Source of the DNA: Thermoplasmata archaeon
GTDB taxonomy: Archaea; Thermoplasmatota; Thermoplasmata; Lutacidiplasmatales; UBA184
Assembly (NCBI GenBank): GCA_028864975.1
Contig: JAGWLG010000019.1
Coordinates: 1 to 61,982, forward strand
Reading direction: 5' to 3'
DNA: 61,982 nucleotides
The notes below the pieces were generated by a model. It made no database searches. It was not told the DNA's origin and worked only from the letters and a program-made list of their open reading frames with translations. Of this stretch, positions 56,401 to 61,982 are shown piece after piece; the stretch's first letter is position 1, and every line of letters begins with the position of its first letter. The translations under genes and the position numbers were made by a program.

Positions 56401-57100
56401 CGTGAACGGTCCCGAGCTCGTGAGCGCTCTCGCCGGTCAGAGCGAGGCCGCCGTGCGCGACATCCTCTACCGGGCGCGTGAGAACTCGCCGTCGATCGTC
56501 TTCTTCGATGAGATCGATGCGCTCGCGAGCAAGGAGTCGATGAAGACCCCCGAGGTCTCGCGTGCTGTGAGCCAGTTCCTGACGGAGATGGACGGGATCA
56601 AGCCCAAGGACCGGGTCATCATCGTCGCGACGACGAACCGGCCGCAGATCCTGGACCCTGCCCTGCTGCGTCCGGGACGCTTCGACAAGATCTTCTACGT
56701 GCCCCCGCCGGACCTGAAGGCCCGCTCGGACATCTTCAAGATCCATCTGAAGGGCGTTCCGACGGACGGCGAGGTCGACTACGACCTCCTGGCTCTTGGG
56801 ACCGAAGGGTACTCCGGCGCCGACATCGCTTCGATCGTCGACGAGGCGAAGCTCATCGCGCTACGCGAGCAGCTCCGCAACGAGATGGGCGGCCACGGAG
56901 CTCCTCTGGGCTCTGGACCCCAGATGCAGCTGCAGCAGTTCCTGGAGCGCGGCGCGGGAGCCGGAGCGGCGAGCCGCCGGGTCATCGGGGTCAAGATGGC
57001 GAACCTGCTCGAGGCCATCGGGAAGACCAAGAGCTCGGTCACGCCCGAGACGCTGGAGTGGGCGCAGTCCTTCATCCAGACCTACGGAACGCGGCAGTAA
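53435..57100 (+). CDS. Polytopic membrane protein fused to tandem CDC48-like AAA+ domains
   Basis: About 12 hydrophobic segments, then two modules with GPPGCGKT, Walker B (FMDEVD, FFDEID) and SRH (RPGRLD, RPGRFD). Confidence 0.9.
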   Translation: MAYGGQGTPPNQYRPRPQGQVGNPYDVMGGFFPVSAPGARPPPPQGSPYAPVPARPGYPPQYRPVPVRPPVQPYPAGGRPPPGALAVPPRGGPPQAGRPPAPKKKKGYSKEEMVFIALGIGLILVGGFLIPTFNLLMNVQSAGQFIANTNAGYLPNSGTQAIQLTAGTVQPGQTIMIMDQIATIKYLPVQQITTINYTSISPQDNQHLDIAQKLFGVFSGNLQNQYNFQVGQYVLLTFKVVSATVPGNPNGSSYLTLDAAWQASWNAFDNSFTGLKAFSLDPAVIQPYPAPLYDGLFVAMIVAGAGLLLVAMMWPKRLKLFFKISTKDPQHLVPVVMFFLSILCMVFLPFYPWWMVLIFSVLLAFTAHKMPQLAVILLGMLMLAEVGYQAPELALIFVFGLLPLLGATLVDWRIGLGGMFVIALAPYGLSFIVPIMMAMIFSLMLGVAVAAAGGLVLSIFVTLGNFPVLGWMVGNAHSGLPTYVNGHPQDLAPVRWNWSFADLWNAYANVASPNGVVLSTGSQGIEAFWSPLTMIAVWCVAAWLAHLLILDRTKMTPARWAKHSLVGGGMITGVAFGELVAFSQFQGAAGILVIGIIPAMLCATAAGMVLRETFQAYFTSKLGGTAVGTRIAEMATLHKVSFEMVGGLGDVKADIKESMIIPLMRKDVTSKFGLEPPKGILLFGPPGCGKTMLMKALANELGVEMISVKCSDLMSKWYGESEGKVAELFKTAKERAPCILFMDEVDALAKRRDMYSADDVSPRLLSIMLSEMDGMDKTGGVIIVATTNKPEMIDPAMMRPGRLDKIIYVPPPDFNERADVIKVHLFGKPVSPDIDLTEIAKKTERFSGADLANLVREAATIAMKRSMMTGVASIISMEDFRTVMPRIKPSISLRMIEEYERLKMDFERKMHQVQRAERKVVVKWDDVGGLEDIKKALKEYVELPLTKPELMEEYKLKTGRGILLFGPPGCGKTHIMRAASNELNVPIQIVNGPELVSALAGQSEAAVRDILYRARENSPSIVFFDEIDALASKESMKTPEVSRAVSQFLTEMDGIKPKDRVIIVATTNRPQILDPALLRPGRFDKIFYVPPPDLKARSDIFKIHLKGVPTDGEVDYDLLALGTEGYSGADIASIVDEAKLIALREQLRNEMGGHGAPLGSGPQMQLQQFLERGAGAGAASRRVIGVKMANLLEAIGKTKSSVTPETLEWAQSFIQTYGTRQ

Positions 57101-57157
57101 GCTGGCGAGAAGAGCGGAGGCCGGGCGCGAGACAGGACAGAGGGAGGAGGAAGCACC

Positions 57158-57628
57158 ATGGATATCCCTCTGTTCGGCCTCGCGCTGCTCACCTTCGCCA
57201 TCCTCTACCTGGGGCTCTCGGTCTTCCTGCTCTGGACCCTGGTGATCACAGGTTTCATCCTGATGGCCTGGCTCGCCATCCGGTGGAGGGCTGTGGGGGA
57301 GAACTACCCCCACGGTCTCGGCGACTCGCTGACGCTCTTGGTCCTGGTCTCGATCACCTGGATCCTTTTCGTCTTCCTGGGGCCGAAGGAGTGTAGCTAC
57401 TACACGTGCAACGGGAGCAACGACGGGGTCCCGTTCATGGGGAACGGCCTGACCTATATCGACCCCCCTTGGCACGTGATCACGGAGATCTTGATCTTCT
57501 TCATCTTCCTGATCCTGATCCTCTTCGCCGTCATCATCCCCGTGCTCCAGCACCGCATGACGCTCGGCGGCGGTGGGGGCGGCGATGAGGGTGGCGGCAA
57601 GGGCAAGGTCGGCGTGGGGGCCGGCTGA
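57158..57628 (+). CDS. Small multi-pass membrane protein with Gly-rich tail
   Basis: 3-4 hydrophobic segments; strong GGAGGAGG SD; follows the AAA+ gene. Confidence 0.8.
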   Translation: MDIPLFGLALLTFAILYLGLSVFLLWTLVITGFILMAWLAIRWRAVGENYPHGLGDSLTLLVLVSITWILFVFLGPKECSYYTCNGSNDGVPFMGNGLTYIDPPWHVITEILIFFIFLILILFAVIIPVLQHRMTLGGGGGGDEGGGKGKVGVGAG

Positions 57629-57681
57629 ACGCGTCTGCCCTCGGTCCTCCCTGCGCGCGAATCCTTTAACACGGGTCCGCG

Positions 57682-59226
57682 GTGGGTCCCGTCGTGCCTA
57701 GCGGGGAGACGCTCACCGAGGAACGTCGGTCCAAGCGCGACCGCCTGAAGGCCTCGGGGGGCCTCGCTTACCCCTACGGTTTCCCCGGCCGCGTGCCGCT
57801 CGCCTCCGTGCGGAGCGAGCTCGCGACCCAGCCACCGGGGAGCGAGCTCGCGGGCGTCTCGCGACGGGTCGCGGGACGTGTCCAAACGATACGGCAGCAC
57901 GGGAAGACCGCCTTCGTGCCGCTGCGGGACCAGAGCGGGGAGCTCCAGCTCTTCCTCCGCGTGGACGACCTCGGCGAGAAGGGCTACCAGACCGCGCTGG
58001 ACACCCTCGACCCGGGAGACCTCGTCGGCGCCGAAGGGGTCCCGGTGGTCACGCGACGAGGGGAGCCCTCGATCCGCGCCACCTCGGTCGTCCTTCTGGC
58101 CAAGGCGCTGCGTCCCCCGCCGGAGAAGTGGCACGGACTGCAGGACCCGGAGGCCCGGCTTCGGCAACGCTACGTCGACCTCCTCTCATCCCCCGAGGTC
58201 GTCCGCACGTTCGAGGGCCGCTCGGCCCTCGTCGCGGAGATGCGGCGCTATCTCTCCGCCCAGGGCTTTCAGGAGGTCGAGACCCCGGTCCTGGGCCGGG
58301 TCGCCTCGGGGGGGTTGGCGCATCCGTTCGTGACCCACTATCGCTTCCTCGAGGAGGACTTCCGCCTCCGGGTCGCGCTGGAGCTCCCCCTCAAGCGGCT
58401 CCTCGTCGGGGGTATGGAGCGGGTCTTCGAGATCGGGAAGGTCTTCCGGAACGAGGACTTGGACGCGGACCACAGTCCCGAGTTCACGATGATGGAGCTC
58501 TACTGGGCCTACGCGGACTACACCGACGTCCGCAAGCTCGTGGAGGGCCTGACCCAGGACCTCGCGAAAGCGGCCGCCCCCTTCCTCCCGAAGGAAGAAG
58601 CGGAGGCCCGCGTCCGCGACTTCACGCCCCCCTACCCCACGGTGGACTACGTCGAGGCGCTCGAGAAGGAGAGTGGTATCTCCGGCATCGTCGAGCTCCC
58701 CCGGGAGCGCCTGGTCGAGCTCGCCCGCGCTGCGGGGGCGAAGGTCCCGGAGTCGATGAGCCACGGGGGCGCGCTGGACAAGCTCTTCGGCCACTACGTG
58801 GAGTCGCGCCTGGTCCACCCGACCTTCGTCCTCGACTACCCGCTCGAGACCACGCCGCTCGCGAAGCGCCACCGCTCTAAGCCCGGTCGTGTCGAGCGGT
58901 TCGAGCTCTTCTATCGAGGAATGGAGCTCGGGAACGCCTACAGCGAGCTCAACGACCCCGACGACCAGGAGGAGCGGTTCCGCGCCCAGCTCCCACCGCC
59001 GGCCGCCGGTGGCGGTGAGGGGGAGGAGAGCTACGCCTACGACGAGGATTTTGTCGAAGCCCTTCGATATGGCATGCCGCCGGCGGGGGGATTGGGCATG
59101 GGGGTCGACCGTCTTGCCATGGCGTTCTTGGGACGTCCCTCGATCAAGGACGTGATCCTGTTCCCGCCCACCCGCTCGCTCAAGAGCTCGGGACCGACAC
59201 CCGCCCCAGGGGCCGGGGCGTCGTAG
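57682..59226 (+). CDS. lysS: Lysyl-tRNA synthetase, class II
   Basis: OB anticodon-binding domain, RQRYVDL, FRNE..D..HSPEFTMME, GMPPAGGLGMGVDRL. Confidence 0.95.
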   Translation: MGPVVPSGETLTEERRSKRDRLKASGGLAYPYGFPGRVPLASVRSELATQPPGSELAGVSRRVAGRVQTIRQHGKTAFVPLRDQSGELQLFLRVDDLGEKGYQTALDTLDPGDLVGAEGVPVVTRRGEPSIRATSVVLLAKALRPPPEKWHGLQDPEARLRQRYVDLLSSPEVVRTFEGRSALVAEMRRYLSAQGFQEVETPVLGRVASGGLAHPFVTHYRFLEEDFRLRVALELPLKRLLVGGMERVFEIGKVFRNEDLDADHSPEFTMMELYWAYADYTDVRKLVEGLTQDLAKAAAPFLPKEEAEARVRDFTPPYPTVDYVEALEKESGISGIVELPRERLVELARAAGAKVPESMSHGGALDKLFGHYVESRLVHPTFVLDYPLETTPLAKRHRSKPGRVERFELFYRGMELGNAYSELNDPDDQEERFRAQLPPPAAGGGEGEESYAYDEDFVEALRYGMPPAGGLGMGVDRLAMAFLGRPSIKDVILFPPTRSLKSSGPTPAPGAGAS

Positions 59227-59240
59227 CCAGGTGCCCGGTC

Positions 59241-59999
59241 ATGGACACCTTCGACCACCCGCTCGAAGTGCGGCTCATGCGGAGCCTGGGCCTGCCGTTC
59301 CTCCTCCTCATCGAGGAGGTCACCCTGGTCGACCGCTACCGGTGGGTGCGGGACCACCTGCTCGGGGGTCCGCTGCGGACGCTTGACGCGGGGTGCGGAC
59401 TTGGGCTGATGGTGCTCGCGGCCGCCCAGAAGGACCGGGAGGTGGTGGGGATCTCCTACGATGACCGGGAGAACCGGCACGCGGCGTACCGTGCAGAGCT
59501 CATGGGGATCCACAACGTCCGCTTCGTGACGGGGGACTTGAGGAAGCTCGACGCGATGGAGCTAGGTTCCTACGACCAGGTCATCTGCGCCGAGACGATC
59601 GAGCATATCCTCGACGACGAGAAGCTCGTGCGGGACCTGGCCCAACGGCTGAAGGTCGGGGGGAGGCTCCTCCTGACGACGCCCTTCAAGGGCGCTTACG
59701 AGGGCGAGAAGCTCTCGGAGCAGGAGGATGGAGGCCACGTCAGGCCGGGGTACACGCGGGAGGAGCTTCAGCGCCTCTTCGCGCGGAACGGTCTCCGATT
59801 GCTCTCTTGCGACTTCATCTCCGGGAGGGCGTCGCGGGCCGTCCAGCGCGTGCGTCAACGCCTTTCGGACCGGCTCAATCCCTCGGCGGCCGCCTACGCC
59901 ACAGCGCCGCTCAAGGTCCTGTGCATCCTCGACCCTCTTCTCACCCGCGCGCGGGGCCGCCCCTACCTCTCGATCGCCGTGATCGCGCAACGCACGTGA
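59241..59999 (+). CDS. Class I SAM-dependent methyltransferase
   Basis: LDAGCGLG, YDQVICAETIEH, LKVGGRL, GHVR.GY. Confidence 0.88.
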   Translation: MDTFDHPLEVRLMRSLGLPFLLLIEEVTLVDRYRWVRDHLLGGPLRTLDAGCGLGLMVLAAAQKDREVVGISYDDRENRHAAYRAELMGIHNVRFVTGDLRKLDAMELGSYDQVICAETIEHILDDEKLVRDLAQRLKVGGRLLLTTPFKGAYEGEKLSEQEDGGHVRPGYTREELQRLFARNGLRLLSCDFISGRASRAVQRVRQRLSDRLNPSAAAYATAPLKVLCILDPLLTRARGRPYLSIAVIAQRT

Positions 60000-60098
60000 G
60001 CCTCGCAGGGGTGCGGCGTTGCTGGCCCAGCTCTCCGACGCGCTTATAAAGGTCCGAGAATGCAAAATCCTGGCCGAGAGGCCAAGAGTGAACGACCG

Positions 60099-60317
60099 AT
60101 GGCGATGGACAAGATCAGCCTGACCGACGCGCGGAAGATCGCCGACAAGAAAGGGCTCAAGCCGGGCCGTGTGAAGGGAACCAAGGGGATCCAGTTCACG
60201 CGCGGCAAGAACAACCGCATCGAGCCCATCGCGTGGGACGAGTTCGAGGTCACGCTCAAGAAGCGCAAGCTCGCCGTCTACGAGTCCGGCGGCTACATGA
60301 AAGTCATGAAGGCGTAG
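60099..60317 (+). CDS. Small basic hypothetical protein
   Basis: Lys-rich 72-aa ORF; TTATAAA box at about 60044-60050. Confidence 0.7.
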   Translation: MAMDKISLTDARKIADKKGLKPGRVKGTKGIQFTRGKNNRIEPIAWDEFEVTLKKRKLAVYESGGYMKVMKA

Positions 60318-60569
60318 GCGAGAAGCCTACCTGGGCGGCAGGTCAGTTCCTGCACGCCCACCTTCATGGCATCATCGGGAGAACACCGATGAGAACGCAC
60401 GCCTTGAAAGCTATCGCCGAGCGACGAACGACCGGGGCCCCCGGGAGCGGGGGCTCCGCGGCTCCCAACAGGACTTGCCCTGATGGCGGGTACGACCGTG
60501 GCCCCACGACTTCGGCGGCGTCATGAAAGGACCGGACCAACGGTATCGGTGACGGCCAGGGACGGTAGG

Positions 60570-61499
60570 ATGAGCAAGCGAAAGAAGCTGGGCCCGCGAG
60601 GCGATGTTCCCCAGCTGTTGCCGGACACTTCGCCCCCACCTCTCCCTGGGAGCGTCCCGGGAGGGCTTCCTAACGCTTCCGGGCGCCCAATCCCGTTCCT
60701 CACCCGCATCGCCCAACTGATGGCTGTGGACGACACCATCTACGCCCCGGGCGGCATCCTGAGCCACGTGATGGCCCACCCGCAGAGGGAAGCGTTGGTG
60801 AAGGAGGCGAGGGAGCATGCAGGGACCGGTTTCGAGGTGCGAGAGACGCTGCTCGCGATCGGTGTACGGGAGTTCGGGATGAAACCCTTCGACCTTGGCA
60901 AGGCGGTCCCGCTGATGCTGTCGCCGATGACAGAGCCCGGGCTCTCTGACTCCTTCTACCTGGAGGACATCGCCCCGCAGCTTCGCAACGGCCACGCCCT
61001 CCTCCTCTCCGACCCGCATGCGCTAACCCTGGTGGAGTTGCTCTTGAACGACAGGAAGGGAGATGGTGCGGCGGCGGTGGTGGGCATTCTCGTGGGCGTC
61101 GTCCCCTGGACCTACGCGCTCCTGGTGAGGAAGACCGAGGCCCTTCGCCGGGTGCTCCAACTGAACGAGGGGGACCCAAGCTGGGAGCGGGGCATCGCCT
61201 TCGAGCCCCACTTGGACGCGAAGGCGCCATTCGTCCGCACGGTGAGGCTGCCCCATGAGCCCGAACAGGCTGCTAAACTGCTCCGATGGCTCTTGCTGGG
61301 GGTGGTGCACGCAAAGCTCACGGTTCCTCCCGACGCGCGAGGGGGACGGAAGCGCAGGCACGCCGCCAACAGCGAGTGGCTTGGTCCCGTACCACCGGGA
61401 GACGAGGGGGGAGGCGAGGCCAAGCAGGGCGAACGCGCGTCGGGACGGGCCGAGCGTCACCCGACACCCAGAGGTCGTGAGGCCGACCCCCCGGGCTGA
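60570..61499 (+). CDS. Hypothetical protein
   Basis: Long ORF with globular-looking core; start trimmed to ATG 60570. Confidence 0.6.
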   Translation: MSKRKKLGPRGDVPQLLPDTSPPPLPGSVPGGLPNASGRPIPFLTRIAQLMAVDDTIYAPGGILSHVMAHPQREALVKEAREHAGTGFEVRETLLAIGVREFGMKPFDLGKAVPLMLSPMTEPGLSDSFYLEDIAPQLRNGHALLLSDPHALTLVELLLNDRKGDGAAAVVGILVGVVPWTYALLVRKTEALRRVLQLNEGDPSWERGIAFEPHLDAKAPFVRTVRLPHEPEQAAKLLRWLLLGVVHAKLTVPPDARGGRKRRHAANSEWLGPVPPGDEGGGEAKQGERASGRAERHPTPRGREADPPG

Positions 61500-61595
61500 A
61501 CCGCGAACCGAAGGTGACCCCGACGACCTTGCGAGCAAGACTTGGGAACGAGCCCCGCTCGTCGCTGGGGAAGGAGAAGGGGTCCTCGAGGCGCG

Positions 61596-61856
61596 TCAGA
61601 CCGGCGCGCGTACCTCCACCGTTTCCCCGACCTTCTTGCCGATGAAGAACATCAAGCAATCTCCCAGCTGACGCTCCTCGGACCCGTAGGCTGTGCCCAG
61701 GAGCTTCATGGTGGACCGTTCCAGTGTCCTCGCTCCCGGTCGGGCGAAGCCGTGGGCGAAGAGGATGAACGTCCCAGGTTGGTTAGCGATGATGCGGTGG
61801 TGCAGTTCTTTGGCGAGCGGAGCACCCGCGTGCCGCTCCTGCCCCAGGTTCGACAC
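61596..61856 (-). CDS. Small hypothetical protein
   Basis: 86-aa ORF with protein-like composition, convergent with the previous gene. Confidence 0.45.
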   Translation of the reverse strand: MSNLGQERHAGAPLAKELHHRIIANQPGTFILFAHGFARPGARTLERSTMKLLGTAYGSEERQLGDCLMFFIGKKVGETVEVRAPV

Positions 61857-61982
61857 GTAGGTAGGGCGATTCTCCGATAGCCGGCCGAGGGGGCCAAACC
61901 CCCCGAAAGTTTTCCTACACTCGAGAGAGGGGGGTCGGCCCTACAGGAGGCGGGACCAGCCCCCGAGGAATCGCTCCGTCTC

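Noticed and set aside
60318-60480. Riboswitch in the 60.3-60.5 kb intergenic region
   Set aside because: Hairpins are present but match no riboswitch consensus I can recognise.
1-61982. CRISPR array, cas genes, rRNA genes, IS transposases
   Set aside because: No regularly spaced short repeats, rRNA-like tracts or DDE/HUH transposase motifs were seen.

Overview
High-GC archaeal DNA, most likely Thermoplasmata (Pus10-eL21-Rpo4-DUF655-RsmA cluster, thermosome, DUF6015-like protein, thermopsin-type repeat; the finer taxonomy is inference). The window has three parts. (1) 1-4.4 kb is a small glycosylation cluster. (2) About 4.5-24.06 kb is an accessory island abutting the 3' end of tRNA-Pro(GGG). 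It is a head-to-tail array of repeated units, [conserved 36-37 bp motif ATSAAG-N19/20-CTCGACGGTGC]-[tyrosine recombinase]-[self-promoted cargo]. It holds four intact paralogous integrases, six integrase remnants and seven motif copies. The cargo is mostly defence-like: four diverged ATPase-wHTH-PD-(D/E)XK proteins, another P-loop ATPase, MNT-HEPN, VapBC, a Panacea-like/PIN pair and an acylphosphatase-domain protein. A fifth ATPase-nuclease lies between tRNA-Pro and tRNA-Cys. (3) 25.8-62 kb is mostly housekeeping (MetRS, XerA, TtuA, Hbd, PrsW, IlvE, thermosome, class II LysRS). It also contains a striking putative operon: two large surface proteins sharing the exact cytoplasmic C-terminal tail AEEKRITL, a polytopic membrane-anchored double-AAA+ (CDC48-like) ATPase and a small membrane protein. 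The integrase-cargo array and the AEEKRITL/membrane-AAA operon are the two best candidates for undescribed systems. All calls come from reading the sequence; no database searches were run.
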